64,000 nt of DNA from Felis catus (lineage: Eukaryota): positions 162,008,001 through 162,072,000 of the forward strand of contig NC_058368.1 in NCBI RefSeq assembly GCF_018350175.1. Reading direction: 5' to 3'. Below the pieces are notes generated by a model, which was not told the origin of the DNA, searched no databases, and worked only from the letters and a program-made list of their open reading frames with translations. Position 1 is the first letter of the stretch; each line of letters starts with the position of its first letter. The translations under genes were made by a program, and so were the position numbers. Positions 12,126 to 24,749 of this stretch are shown one piece after another.

Positions 12126-13069
12126 TTTTAATTCAAAATATCATGAAATAATATATTAATCTGTAGGCAGAGAGAGGAAACTTGGGGGATAGGATTATTA
12201 TTATGAAAAGCTTCAGTTGCCTTTTTACAGGAAAGGACCTGGTCTGAGTGCAGTAAAAAACAATAATGCCAGTCCTTACTGCTTAAGAGTTAGCATTATA
12301 TATGGAAAAACTCTTGAATCTATTTCCCCATACTAGTCTCCTATTTTGCACTCTCATAGAGAGTTATTTTAATGCATTGTATGAATACTTTTTTTTTCAA
12401 AATTGGCATAACTATTTTCTGCAAAAGTAGTATCTGCAAAAGTAGTATTGTATCATATACCTCATTATGTGTCTTACTTTTTTTCAATATTCACCATTCT
12501 ATGGATATACACCAATGTCGCTTTCTCTACATCTAAACCATTTCCTTCAACCATTGAATGATATTTCATGGTATGCTTTCAGTCCATTTGACTCATTTTG
12601 TCTTCCAAATAATAGAAAGTTTGATTGACAGATATTTGAAACAATGTGTCATTTGTAGTGGGGACTTAAAACTGCAAGAACTTCTATGCACTGCTAAAGA
12701 ACATATTGGTATAGGCCTAGTGGAAAAGCAATCTTTTAGCAATTATTCAGATAAAGAAACTGCTCATTATTTTAACTTTATCAACTGTACTTTTTTGATC
12801 AATATTCTCAGTTATATTGAGAGTTAAGGTTTTAAACACCACGTAGAGTTAAGGCATTAGTGCCACTCTCTGCTACTGCTTCTTGTTCACGTTGGGGTCA
12901 GGTTGAATGTCTGCCTGGAATCCATAGGTTAGTGTTTTGAAATCTTGGTGCTTGAGTTGGCTGCTTTTTAAATTCCATTTTTGGCCTTCTAGACAGAGGG
13001 AAGTTATTTGTCTGCTCACCAGTGACTGCAAGCATGCAATTAAAGCTTTTAGAAAACATCAAGGCAACT

Positions 13070-13260
13070 TTAGAATGACTATAAGCAGAATAATACCCAA
13101 CATTTGGAGGGTACTCCAAAACCATGGTCCTATGATCCAAGCCAACATAAATGAAATGGATCAAAGAAAGACCCCCTTTGAAGGAGTCACTTTCTTAGGT
13201 CAAGTGGCTTCTTTATGTATTCCATGTAACTATCCCCACTTCCCTAGAAGTGTTTATCCA
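13070..13260 (-). pseudogene. ERV env transmembrane-subunit remnant
   Basis: Frameshift-corrected translation gives WINTSREVG..LHGIHKEAT*PKKVTPSKG.SFFDPFHLCWLGS.GPWFWSTLQMLGIILLIVIL. This is the post-CX6CC 'WINTS' N-glycosylation motif, a Trp-rich membrane-proximal region and a hydrophobic anchor, as in gamma-type TM proteins. Confidence 0.7.
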
Positions 13261-14437
13261 CTGAGCTTGTTCCAGAAGAACTCAGGTATTAGAAATCAGA
13301 GAGAAGTTTGTGGCAGGTAGGAAGACCTATAGGATCATCATCATCTTAGCAAATCTAACAGTTTACCCTCCTTTGTAACGGACTGAGAAATGTTAACAGT
13401 GAACAACTGTTAACTGAACAACAGGGCAAGACTGTAGGTGGACAAAAGAATCACATAGACCTTTGTGGTCTGTATGATTAAGGAAAAGATGGTCAGACAG
13501 AGAAGGAGGAAGGGAAAGAAACATTCTGTGACATCTTGGGAGGAGCAGTCTACCTTGATGTCAGCTACTTCTCTTCATAGTCAGTTTGATTTTGAGGTTT
13601 CCATCTGCACAGGACCAGATGTCAGATGGAACCTTCTTTGGTTGTGTAATATGCACTCAGGTTTTGATACTTTGTAATTTAGCAGTCTTGTCACTGGTCA
13701 AGAGTACTTGGTAGCGTCCTTTCCGTGAACCTCACTTTTGCAAAAGCATCAGAATAAAACAATAGCTGTGTATAAATAAGCGACTTTAAGAAAATGCCAA
13801 TGGTTAAAGATCTGATGAGAATTTATTTAATGATAAAATGTAATTATTTTGGCAGCATACTACAATTTAAGATAATAATCGGGCAAGAAGACTTGACAGG
13901 TTTCTATGAACTTCAAACAATTTCTGGAATACCCAGATTAGTAACATAGATCCCTATACACATAATCTAAGAAGGTTTATCATCACCTGCTTGACAATGC
14001 TTTTCATGTAACTTAACATACCAAATAAACCTAATTAGTTTCGCATCTGTTCTTTATGAGGTTTAAGACAAATTCTTTGAAATTTTTGACAGACTCTCTG
14101 GGAAATCTTAAAGTTACTTTGAGGACAACAGGACTCTATTTAGAATTTGTTTTTGAGAAAATGTCAGAAGATTTAAACATTTGATTAAATAGGACCACAG
14201 ATCACTATGAAATAATACATAATTATCTACTCAACCACAGTGACAATGGAAGATGTCAAAGACAAATACAGAAAGTTACACAGCTGTAAACAAAATTTAG
14301 CTCTTTTAATACTGAGAAGACTGGATTTTCTTAGGTAATCAAAGACCTGATAAAGGCAACATGAAGAACAATAAACTGTTTTGGTAAAAGGCAAAATCTT
14401 TGTCCAAGCAGATTACTTAAGGGGTAAAGAAAAACCA

Positions 14438-14628
14438 GGGTGTCTAGGTGACTCTTGATTTTGGTTCAGGTCATGATCTCACAGTTCGTTAGATGGAGCC
14501 TTGCTTTGGGCTCTGCACTGGCAGTGCAGAGCCTGCTTGGGATTCTCTCTCTCCCTCTCTCTCTCTGCCCTTCCCCTGCTTGTGGGTGTATGTGCACATG
14601 CACACTCACTCTGTCAAATAAATTAAAG
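14438..14628 (+). mobile_element. Can-SINE nested in the ERV
   Basis: GACTCTTGATTTTGGTTCAGGTCATGATCTCACAGTT head remnant, CT tract and AATAAA. Confidence 0.85.
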
Positions 14629-15208
14629 AGATAAAAACCCCCATTTATAATTACTTACTAAGAAATGATCAATAATCTAAGTAAACTTTGTCCTTAGAAA
14701 ACCAAAATCTAATTTTGTATCAATGTACTTTTGACATTAAAACTCATTTATTAAAAAATTTAAACTCATTCCAATCTTGGCCCCATGGACCCACACCTAA
14801 AACTTATTTCCCACAAACATTGTACATGTTTTTCTATCTGTTGAGATTTTGTCCTGTGTTTCTCTTTCTCATTCTGGAAAATGATAATTTTACTTAATTT
14901 TCATATACAGTTTTTTTTTTCCTTTCACCCTTATCATTTCTAAGTAGTTTTAAGTAGACATATCAAAAGCAATTCTTAACTTTTGGAATCTTTAATTCAC
15001 AAACCCAGAAGTAAGCAATTGTGGACTGCCAGATTTATAAATACATTTCATAATTTCTAAAAGTTTATTCTTCCTCAAAGTGACACCAAACATGTTTATT
15101 AGATAACCCAGTATCTTTAGTTCCTTTGTAAAAGACAGCCAAAAGTGGATGAACCGATGGTCATTAATTAGTGTTACAGTATTTTATCTTATTGGAGAAC
15201 TATCTAAA

Positions 15209-15771
15209 TGATGTGATATGAGGTGGGATCCAGGAATGTACCATCAAGAAAGAATTTGTAAGACACATTTGGTGTGAAAAGGTGATTTATTAAAGCACAA
15301 TGACAGGACCCATTGACAGAAATTCACTGGGATTGTGAGATTGTGAGGAGTGACTGATTATATACTTTTTTACTTAGCAGGGGTTAGGGATAGTTCTTAA
15401 GTCTCTAAGGAATTTGGAAGCAAGACTTCAGGACCTTGAAAGGCTAACTGCTGTTAAGATGATGTTATTTCATGAGACCCTTCAGATGTATATCACTGGG
15501 CCAGGATGATTGCTAACATATATCTTGCGGGAGGCAGGTAGAGATAAAGGAAGTTTCTAAAGGGATTTTGTATGTTGAAGATTTACAGGATCCTGGAGGT
15601 CAGGCTAATGTCAAGCTAATGTTGCCTTTTGCATCTAGCAAAGTATTAACTTTGAGACAGTTTAGCTCTGAGGAAGGTCCCCCTGCCTGTCCTAAGGGCT
15701 GGTCAATGGGCTACAAATTGTAAGGAAGTTTAATTTTTTCTACACTTCTTTTGCCTTTGTTCTCCTTATCA
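15209..15771 (-). mobile_element. Solo LTR (ERV1-like) nested in the ERV internal region
   Basis: TGATA...TATCA terminal inverted repeat, minus-strand AATAAA at ~15286 and a TATA-like box at ~15360. Composition changes relative to the flanks. Confidence 0.65.
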
Positions 15772-16286
15772 TAGCTATTAAATAAATACCTATCATTTAC
15801 CTTATCTCAGTGTAACTTTAAGGTTTCAATTTACCAAAATGATTTTGGAAAATGTTTTTATGGGGACATACCATAAAGTATAATTATTGTAGAGAAGTTC
15901 ATTTACAAACTTTTGTCTTACATTTATTAAACCTACTCATTCTTAATAATTACATTTACATTACTCATGAAAATTTCTTAACATGATGCTTAGCTGTTTA
16001 ATATCTTAAGTTATATTTCTTGCTGACAAATTCTGTAACAGAGATAACATGAACCTATTAGGCTTTTTGAAAATCTAGGTAGAATAAAAGTATTATTTTT
16101 AATGCTGATGACTCTTAAGACCCTCCTGTTTTAATTGAACCAATAAACTTACACTAGTTTTTATTTATTAAATTATCCCAGGTCATGTGAACTTGAAAGA
16201 CCTTTAAGTTGTTGTTTATATTTCTGAGAGTATATTTGATTTATATAAATGTTTACTTTTTTTAAACCAATTAAATAGACCTCTTT

Positions 16287-16497
16287 TTTTTTTAACATTT
16301 TTATTTATTTTTGGGACAGAGAGAGGCAGAGCATGAACGGGGGAGGGGCAGAGAGAGAGGGAGACACAGAATAGGAAACAGGCTCTGGGCTCTGAGCCAT
16401 CAGCCCAGAGCCTGACGCGGGGCTCGAACTCCCGGACCGCGAGATCGTGACCTGGCTGAAGTCGGACGCTTAACCGACTGCGCCACCCAGGCGCCCC
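16287..16497 (-). mobile_element. Young felid Can-SINE nested in the ERV
   Basis: TSD AATAGACCTCTTT (16274-16286 / 16498-16510). Confidence 0.95.
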
Positions 16498-16628
16498 AAT
16501 AGACCTCTTTAAAAACTTATTTTGGCAATGCTATCCTGAGGTAGAAAAATACTGTACAGCTATAACATACATACATCTACAATATAATATACATACATAC
16601 ATCTATAATATACTGTACATCTATAATA

Positions 16629-17078
16629 TACTGGGGTGCAGCCACACCCCAGCAGACTCTTAGACTAGAGTGGGTGATGGTCTAGGGAAGCCAAAAAAAA
16701 AAAAAAGACCTGGAGACAGCAATTGAGACATAGGTTTATTGAGGAACTTACATACATGTATAGGGAGTCCAGGAGTGGCTGACTGCACAAAGCATCTGCT
16801 GCTGGGGTCTATGTGCAGCATGTTCTTATAGCACAGCAACTTGGTCTAGCAACTATCAGCAGCCCTTCCCCTCCTTGCACAGCCAGTGTTTCCAAGGAGA
16901 TGGAGAGAGATCTCTATAACAAGGGAGTTGACAGCTCCTTGTCCCTCTGACCTTGAATGCTGGGCAATACCTGCAAATTCTTGTTGGGAATATAGAGGGA
17001 GGACTGTATCTCGACATCTCCAAGATAATAATTAATAGGGGCATTCAGGGTATGCTTGCACAAAATAGTTATCCAGCA
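16629..17078 (-). mobile_element. Second solo LTR nested in the ERV internal region
   Basis: Termini TACTGG.../...CCAGCA (degenerate TGCTGG inverted repeat), minus-strand AATAAA at ~16736, GC-richer than the flanks. Confidence 0.6.
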
Positions 17079-18524
17079 TGTACCACAGACATATGTAGAC
17101 ATATACAACCATACAAACATATACAGAGATCTTAGAAGCTTTTGTTTTCAAAATTTAGCTGTGAGATGGGTATGGTAAAGCAAAATTCACTAGTTTATAA
17201 GAGAATAGTTGGATCCAAATTGTGCTCTGGAAGATGGATAAGTTTATCTGTTCAGATGGCTTCTACATTTAGTAATATTTGTGTAGAAGACTTTAAAGAT
17301 TTTTTTATTCTCTTAGTTTCCAAATAACCATTTTTTCCTCTTTAATAAATACCACCCTGAAGTTTGCATTTCAAAGACATGGCCTTGATAAGAGTTCCTA
17401 GAGAGGACTAGAGAGAAGACTGGAGAGAACATTTACATCTCAAAGGCACAGGGAAATAATTCAAGTTCTTCCAAGAACTTTTAGTTCCTAAATCTAGAAT
17501 TTTACAATACCTACAAGTCTTTAGAGATGAAGAGTTTAGGTTAGGGGATAGATAAAAATTAGTCGTACTTTTCCTGTTCTTGTAAAGACTCAGTTTGTTG
17601 AGAGAGGGAGAGAAGGAGAGAGAAGGAGAGAAAGAAAGAAAAAGGACAGTTGTTTTTAATTCCTCCAAGAATTGGACTATAGCCTGAATGACATCACAGC
17701 CTGAATGACCCACACATTTAACTGCATTATCTGAAGTTTGCTTCTTAAGATCAGGGAGAGAATCTTCAAGGTTCTTAGATTCTAGATTTAGAATTGTTCA
17801 TCTTTGTAATGTTTTTCTTTCCCTCTGGGTATATAGTTTCATTTAGCTAGGGGAGAAAGCCTAAAACAAAGAGTTGCTATTAGGATCTGAATATCAGCTT
17901 CCAATTTGGCCAACTTCTGACCATAGAGCTACTTTAAAAATCCTTTCAAATATCTCATCATTTTAGCCAGTACAAATAATTACTTGAGACCGTATTGAAT
18001 GACCCCATGGATAAAAGAAGCATCCCAAAGAGGCTGCAAAAGGTACTATTCTTCCGAGATCCAAAGCTGCCTCCAAAGATAGCCAGAAAAAGACTTAGAC
18101 ACTACTGTGAGAGGTGGCAGCAATCCATAGGACCCTAGGCACAAATAGAGTGCAACTCATATTTCTGTCCAGCCACATTTTTACATGCTTGCATAGACAA
18201 AAACCTGACCACCTGTGTGTCCCAGGCAGGCAGAAAACCAAGCCAAGTTCTCAGAACACAAAAAGAGACAAGCATGAAGGAAATAGTTACCCTGGGAGAG
18301 AAAGGATAAACAACAATGGGCACCCCAAAATGAAATTCACAAGAATTTAAATGTGGAAATGAAGAGCCAACATTTAATTTTACCTTCCTTTCTTGACTGG
18401 GCACTACAGAGAACCAGAAGAGCTGACTTGGGTAAGAGTTCTTGCCTTTTGATGGCTTCTGCCAGTTTTTTCAGGATCCCATCTGTAGCCTCCGGAGTGA
18501 ATGGCATTTAAAGCAGACATCGTA

Positions 18525-18650
18525 GGGGCACTTGGGTGACTCAGTCGGTTAAGCATCTGACTGTTGATTTTGTCTCAGGTCTTGATCTCACAGTTTGTGA
18601 GTTTAAGCCCTGTGTTGGGCTCCGCACTGACAGTGTGGAGCCTGCTTGGG

Positions 18651-18700
<50 letters not shown>

Positions 18701-18786
18701 CCTCCCCTCCTCATTCTCTTTCTCTCTCTTTCAAAATAAATAAATAACTTTTAAAAAATTCCTTTAAAAACTCATTTAAAAAAATA
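18525..18786 (+). mobile_element. Can-SINE nested in the ERV
   Basis: tRNA head, (CT)n, extended A-rich tail. Confidence 0.9.
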
Positions 18787-19272
18787 AAGTAGAAATTGCA
18801 GCCCTGATTATCTATCAGACTTTGGCAATGTTTTCCATTAATTTTAATTTTAGTTTGCCTTTTGGTTTTTAAGGAAATAACTGGTAGTGTTTTACTGTAT
18901 AACCCCCACTTACAGCCTCATCAAACCTGAGAAGGGTGTCATACAGGGGGCCCTTCCTTCAAGGGTAGATATGGGGCATTCAAGTTGGTTTGAAGACCAT
19001 CTTTTTTCCAGTGTTCTAGTTGATTGACAATAACACACTGATTTCAGGATCATTGTTTTGATGATGAACCCCTGGGAAGGTACAATGGTGGAGGCCCATG
19101 TATTTTAGGTTTCTGGCCTTGGAGCAATTGTAGCTGTTAAGGCCACTGTTAAGGCAGACTTTACTTATAGCGTTGATGTGTTTTCAGAGTACAAACAATT
19201 CAGATGGAAGATTAGTAGAATGAGTAGCCAAGAAAAGTAAGATAGATGGTAGTAGTAGGAGCCATAACAATC

Positions 19273-19278
19273 TTTCCT

Positions 19279-19344
<66 letters not shown>
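19273..19344. repeat. (TTTC)n tetranucleotide microsatellite
   Basis: Directly visible. Confidence 0.95.
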
Positions 19345-19345
<1 letters not shown>

Positions 19346-19349
19346 CCTT

Positions 19350-19870
19350 CATGTGTCTTTAATTTTTCATTAGCCTTTTGCAATGAATCTTTTAGTGAAT
19401 CTATTTTGGAATCTTGAAGGCTTTTGGAGTCTCCTGCATACTAGTTAAAATTGGTATCCCATTCTGTTTGTTGATTTGAGAACGCTTGCTTATGTGTTTT
19501 TTTTTTTTTTTCTTTTAGAGAAAGAGCATAGATGAGCAGGGGAGGGGCAGAGGGGCACAGAGAGAGATAGAGGGAGAGAGAGAGAGAGGGACACTCAGAA
19601 AATCTTAAGCTGGTTCCACGCCCAGCATGGCACCCAGCATGGGGCCTGATCTCAAGACCCTAGAATAATGACCTGAATGGAAATCAAGAGTTGAATCTTA
19701 ACCTACAGGAGCTCTTGATTCCAAGTGCACTTATTAAATGAATGATATTATCTAATGGAATATTACCCACAATGGCTATTGAAATTCTAGGTTGTTTTGG
19801 TAAGATTTTGCTATTTTTGTAGATAATTACAGCTTCTGGTACCAGAGTTCTTGGACATAAAATAAACAGA
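19350..19870 (-). pseudogene. ERV gag (matrix-like) remnant, split by a SINE
   Basis: Frameshift-corrected translation gives YFMSKNSGTRSCNYLQK*QNLTK.NLEFQ*PLWVIF.LDNIIHL, then after the SINE QTEW DTNFN*YA...LQDSKIDSLKDSLQKANEKLK. This resembles class I ERV Gag N-termini (WPxWGxF-type motif). Confidence 0.6.
19496..19705 (-). mobile_element. Can-SINE nested in ERV gag
   Basis: Poly(T), (GA)n, ATGACCTGA..GGAAATCAAGAGT. Confidence 0.8.
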
Positions 19871-20786
19871 TATGCTGAATGGTGGAGAGCTCAATCCTCT
19901 GAAACTTGAAGATCCCATTTCTTTAGCTAAGCATTGGGTCTCTCAAAGCCAAAATAACACCTAATGGGCATGTGCTGCAGAGTTGAGGATTTTGTAGTGT
20001 TTTACAGTGTACACAACAGTGTTTCTGTTGTGCAGAAGTGTTCTCGAGGTGAGTAGGTAACCTACTGTCAATTTAACCTGTTCTGTGGCCAACTTATCCT
20101 ACCTAACATGGGAGTCTTAGCTATAAAATGAACACTCTAATGGTGTTTAAGAGCTCTACCCATGCCCACCAACTTTGTGACTTTGGCTCTTGAGATTTCC
20201 ACTAGCCACAGATCTGTTAATATGTTCATGAGAGTATTTCTTTATAGTGGCGAATAACCTAATGACTGTTAACAGTCTGACTAGTGCCTACTTAGATTTT
20301 GATATGCCATTCGTCAAAAAGAGTATGATTTTCTTGTCTTAATTTATTTCTCCAAGTACCCTAACTATTTTTGCTATGGACTTACCTTGAGGCATTTGGA
20401 GTCCACTCATAACTGTCATCTTGTTTCTTAGACTGAAGGGTACCTATAATTTTTGTTTGAAATAATCCTTTCTAATTCCATTAGACTTCATATTTCTGAC
20501 TGCCTTTGCACAGTTTCTGAAACCTGTAAATCTCACCATGAAAATCTGGAGTCTCTCACACCCCTGTGTTTTCCACATAGAAGGATTAGGGAAAAAAAAA
20601 AAACTTGAAGAGCTCAGAGCACAAAATAAGTGGAGCTCAATCCAAAAGAAGCTTACCAAAGATCTCAGCAAGTGGCTAAAGAGGCACTGAGCCAGAATGC
20701 CTCTGTAGGTATATTCACCTGTATCTAGGAGCTGTCCTCAGAAACTCCAGAAGCTGTCTTTAGGTCCCATGTTATTGCCAAAAACA

Positions 20787-21137
20787 GTCAAGTGACAAAA
20801 ATAATACAATTTATTAATGCCTTTGATGTCCTTTATACATGGGAAAACAATTAGTGGATTGAAGCACTATTTCTAAGGAATTTGGGTCAAGAAAGAGTTT
20901 TATAGAGTGTTAGAAGAGGCAATGCAGAAACAGGGCATGATTGGCTATGAGGTCCTATTTTCTAGGGTAAGGTAATCTAGCTAAATTTGAGCTGAAAGAT
21001 TGTGATGAGTATATGTTCGGATTCCTTGACAAGAGTTTTCCATACATGCAGGCCTGCAGGATTAGATTTGGGGTATGAGGTAGGCACGGAAGGCAGCCTC
21101 CATTTTGTGGATCTCAATATGCTAATTAATTTTATCA
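20787..21137 (-). mobile_element. 5' LTR of the ERV
   Basis: On the minus strand it starts TGATAAAATTAA, then shows a YY1-like AAAATGGAGG, CCAAT (~20940), TATAAAA (~20900) and AATAAA (~20810), followed directly by a TGG PBS. Confidence 0.7.
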
Positions 21138-21149
21138 GTGGTGACTATT

Positions 21150-22010
21150 CTTTAATAGTCACATTTACATAATAGTCATGTTCTTTAGTATTGATATTCT
21201 TTACTAGGAATATTTCCAAATTTTCTTTGTTCTTAACTTTGCTATTTTTGAAAAGTATATAGGCTAGTTGTGCAGGTTATCCTACAATTCGGGTTAGATT
21301 GATATTTCCTCATGGTTAGAGTTAGGTTATTCATTTTTGTCAGGAATTACACAGAAGTGATGCATCTCTTAGTACATCATATCAGGAAGCATTGTTGCTG
21401 CTGGTAACTCTGCTTCATGGATAAAGAAGTCCTGGCCAACTCCTCCACCTAGTTACCACACAATTTTCCTTCACAATTGAAAATTAATTTATGAAGAGGG
21501 ACTTTTTCACACTATCCTGTTCAGAATCAATATTCTTCCCACTAGTTTTGGCAGACATTGAAGATTTTTCCTAACCACAGAATTTTATTAGTGTTAAAGG
21601 TAAAAGAGCTTAGATTTTTGTCCTAATTATTTGTTTATTCATTTATTGATATCTGTGTGGATTCACGGATTTTTACTTGATTCAGTGGGTTATAATATAT
21701 TGCTAACTTTATCTATTTTGATACTCAAATTGTCTCAGATTTGGCCAGGATTGCTCCAAGATGTGTCCCTCTCAATAGTTCCTGTCTTGTTTTAATATGT
21801 CCCTATTACTTTTAAAAAGCATTTCCTTATTTTCTGGCAATAAGGTGTTTTGGTCTCATCTGTATTTCTCCTACTTCTGTGTGAAATTAGCCATTCCTCC
21901 GAAAAGCACCATGTTCATACAGTTGAAAACATATTTACACTGTAACCTAGGTGTGCTCATTTCCACTGATGTATCATTGTATCTAGGCCTCTCTCTTAAC
22001 AAAAGCATTT
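21150..22010 (-). mobile_element. Old L1 (L1MC-like) 3' UTR fragment
   Basis: Motifs such as TTTCCTCATGGTTAGA..TAGGTTAT, TTTTGATACTCAAATTGTCTCAGATTTGGCCAG and CTAGGTGTGCTCATT are typical of antisense L1MC 3' ends. Confidence 0.65.
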
Positions 22011-22476
22011 CAAATGCAAAAAGAGAAAAACTAAATGGAAATCTCCAGTCATGGACAGGAACTAGAGGTGTCAATGAGAACTCTTGGTTCTATAAATAGT
22101 TAGGTTGATGGAGGATATAAAAATAGACACATTAAATATGCATACACACACATACATATATACTCACATATTTTGTATTTATTTTAGTGTATCTCCATTG
22201 ATCTAAAAGTAGTATTTCATTATATGGTAGGATAAGCCTCTTGATACTTTTTTTCTGAACTCTTTGCAGATGTTATTCCTGCCAATTAAATATTAAGGTA
22301 AGTTTACTGTGTTCTTCAGAAAAATTCAACGAGAATGTTGATTAAGATTGTTTGAGTATGTTTATAACTATCTGAAAGTACTGTTAAGTGGGTCCTGAGA
22401 AAACACGCCAACAGATCTGGATGTGAATACTGGCTATATACTTAACTACATAAGTCATCAAAGGGCAGATTACAGT

Positions 22477-23160
22477 TGTTAACCTTAAAATATAGAAAAC
22501 TGTCAGTTATTTTACCAGCGCCCCTCCACCCCCCCCCAAAAAAAAGTTTTATTCAGGAATAAAAGAGATATGCAATCCAAGACAAATAAGCTGCAGCAAA
22601 ACTGTAGGCAACTCTGGGGAACAAAGAAGAGGTATGTTTTTTAAGGAGAAAGGGGATAAACTGGAAAGGTTGTTAAGAATTAAATTCATTGGGGGTGCCT
22701 GAGTGGCTCAGTTGGTTAAGTGTCTGACTTTAGCTCAGGTCATGATCTTACAATCGTGAGTTCAGTCCCTGCATCAGGCTCTGACGTTGTCATTGACAGG
22801 TCAGAGCCTGTAGCCTGCTTCAGATTCTGTGTTTCCCTCTTTCTCTCTCTGCCCCTCCCCTGCTTGTGCCCCCCCCCTTTCAAAAATAAATACATAAAAG
22901 TAAGTCCATTGGAGTAAACTGGGACTCAGAACTGTGGTGGCTTTTTATTGGCTGAGTTGTTGCCTAGAAGGGATGAGAAAGTGTTTCTTCCTCCACTGGA
23001 GGAGTAGAACAGTATCCACGTGCAAGGTCAAGTTTTTGGAAGGTCAAGTCTCTTTCTTCCTGTTGGGTCTGCAATTGATCATAAGTGGTAAGGCTTGAGA
23101 GTGCCTTGCTGAAACCTCCGAATTCCATGTTAGTGAGATTTCCCATTACTAATTTTTATA
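22477..23160 (-). mobile_element. Solo LTR (ERV1-like) with 4-bp TSD, containing a SINE, inserted in a MIR
   Basis: Starts TGTTAAC and is flanked by CAGT at 22473-22476 and 23161-23164. Minus-strand AATAAA at ~22548 and CCAAT boxes. MIR-like sequence on both sides. Confidence 0.65.
22690..22899 (+). mobile_element. Can-SINE inside a solo LTR
   Basis: GGGGGTGCCTGAGTGGCTCAGTTGGTTAAG head and AATAAA tail. Confidence 0.9.
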
Positions 23161-23477
23161 CAGTCTAAATAGGCTTTACTATTCTCATCAGTAAAATAGG
23201 CATAAAAATATATTATAAAATCTTGTCAAAATAAGCAAATGAAAAATTAAGATTATTATTTACAAATATATTTTTCTCCTCTTTCCAAATAAATTTATCA
23301 GTTATTTCCGCAATACTGAAGAAAGACAAACCACCTTAAGCTAGAACTAATCAATCTAAAAATAATAATAAGGGATAATAATTTCATTGATTTTTTTATG
23401 ATTAACTGATTAAAATTGCAGCACCACAACTATGTAGCAACTCATTATCCAGATCCTTATCCTCATATTAAAAAAAA

Positions 23478-23697
23478 TTTTTTTTAATGTTTATTTGAGA
23501 GAGAGAGAGAGAGAATAGAGGAGAGAGAGACAGAGACACTGCATGGGAGCAGAGAGAGAGGGAAACACAGAATCCAAAACAGGCCCCAGGCTCTGAGCTG
23601 TCAGCACAGAGTCTGATGCAGGGCTCGAACTCAGGAATTGTGAGATCATAACCTGAGCTGAAAGAGGATGCTTAACCAACTGAGACACCAGGTGCCT
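23478..23697 (-). mobile_element. Can-SINE
   Basis: Degenerate TSD GATCC(T)TATCCT(C/T)ATATT. Confidence 0.9.
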
Positions 23698-24749
23698 TCT
23701 CGATCCTATCCTTATATTTTAACTTAATATACTTTAGTGTCCTTAAATTATATTTATAGATTATATAGGTATTACTTATAATGCTATGCTTTATAAACTA
23801 TACAACCTATGAATTAGGTAGACATACCATTTTAACAATCTTAGAAATTATAATAATGAGGAAGTAACACAAAAGACAAACAGAACCACTAAATTTAACG
23901 TAATGAAAAAAAATTCATTAAAAAAATGTTCCCAGCAATCATTTTCTAAAGTTATCAGTGCCTAAGAAATTTTGTCCTTGACATTTCTAGGTCATTTTTG
24001 TTACGGTAATGAATGCATTTAGTCCTCAAACACACACACACACACAAACACACACAAACAATTTTCTTTTATAATAAAATTTGTTTTTATTATGTAAGGC
24101 CTTTGTTAATCTTAACTAGGAGATGGTTCTCTTTCAAATAACATTGCATCCACATTTAGGAAGGCCTGCTTCACAAAGTACTATCTGATAATGTTTTTCA
24201 ATCAACAGAGCCCTTGAAACTGTTCAGCTTGTTAGGCATTTGCTATTGAAGCGTGCATCCATCTTTGAAAACAAGATGCAGGGAAATACAGTCCTCATTT
24301 TCTCCAGTACTTAGTTTGTTCAAAGGACTGTAGCCATTTCAAGAGGTGCTAAAGATATGAATGCATAAGGCTTGATCATGCTCACAATGAAGAAGTATAA
24401 TGAGCATTTATGATTTGAATTGAAGAGTTTCAAAAGGATGCAAATTAGTATCTTATCTAAAAGGATAAAAAAATACCCCATCAAGTTAAAGAGCAATTTT
24501 CCAGACTCTAAGCTTATCATGAGCATTTTCAAAAACAACCAGTGTTTACTACAATTGCTGAAAGCATACCACATTAGTTCACTTTCCCAATGGGAGAGTA
24601 TTTCAAAAATATCAAGGACTCTCACAACTCTTTACAAAGTACACGAGTGGGGGTAGGGGGATGGTAATAACTGGAAAATGTCATCTGAGAAAATAGTATA
24701 CATTTAACTGTCAAAGTTAAGAGTAAAGAGATGTCATTTATATCCATCT

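Larger units (their letters stand above)
12772..21137 (-). mobile_element. Degenerate class I (ERV1, MER4-group-like) endogenous retrovirus: 5' LTR, PBS, gag remnants, long AT-rich non-coding internal region, env TM remnant; interrupted by SINEs and two solo LTRs
   Basis: Minus-strand order is LTR (20787-21137), PBS-like TGGCAATAACATGGGACC (20763-20780), gag-like peptides at ~19720-19870 and ~19350-19470, a zinc-knuckle-like piece at ~19000-19040, an env TM-like piece at 13070-13260, then TGATAAAGTTAA at 12772-12783, which resembles the LTR start. Confidence 0.75.

Noticed and set aside
12418..12447. 15-bp perfect tandem duplication (similar ones at ~17681-17713 and ~37490-37515)
   Set aside because: Ordinary two-copy slippage duplications with no spacer array, so not CRISPR-like.
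12937..13320. 127-aa plus-strand ORF with an IIPNIW...HGP stretch loosely resembling integrase
   Set aside because: The opposite strand gives a much better env-TM match consistent with the ERV orientation, so this is an antisense chance ORF.
19165..19383. ORF with KKERKKER repeats
   Set aside because: Produced by the (TTTC)n microsatellite. Only the short N-terminal part belongs to the gag remnant.
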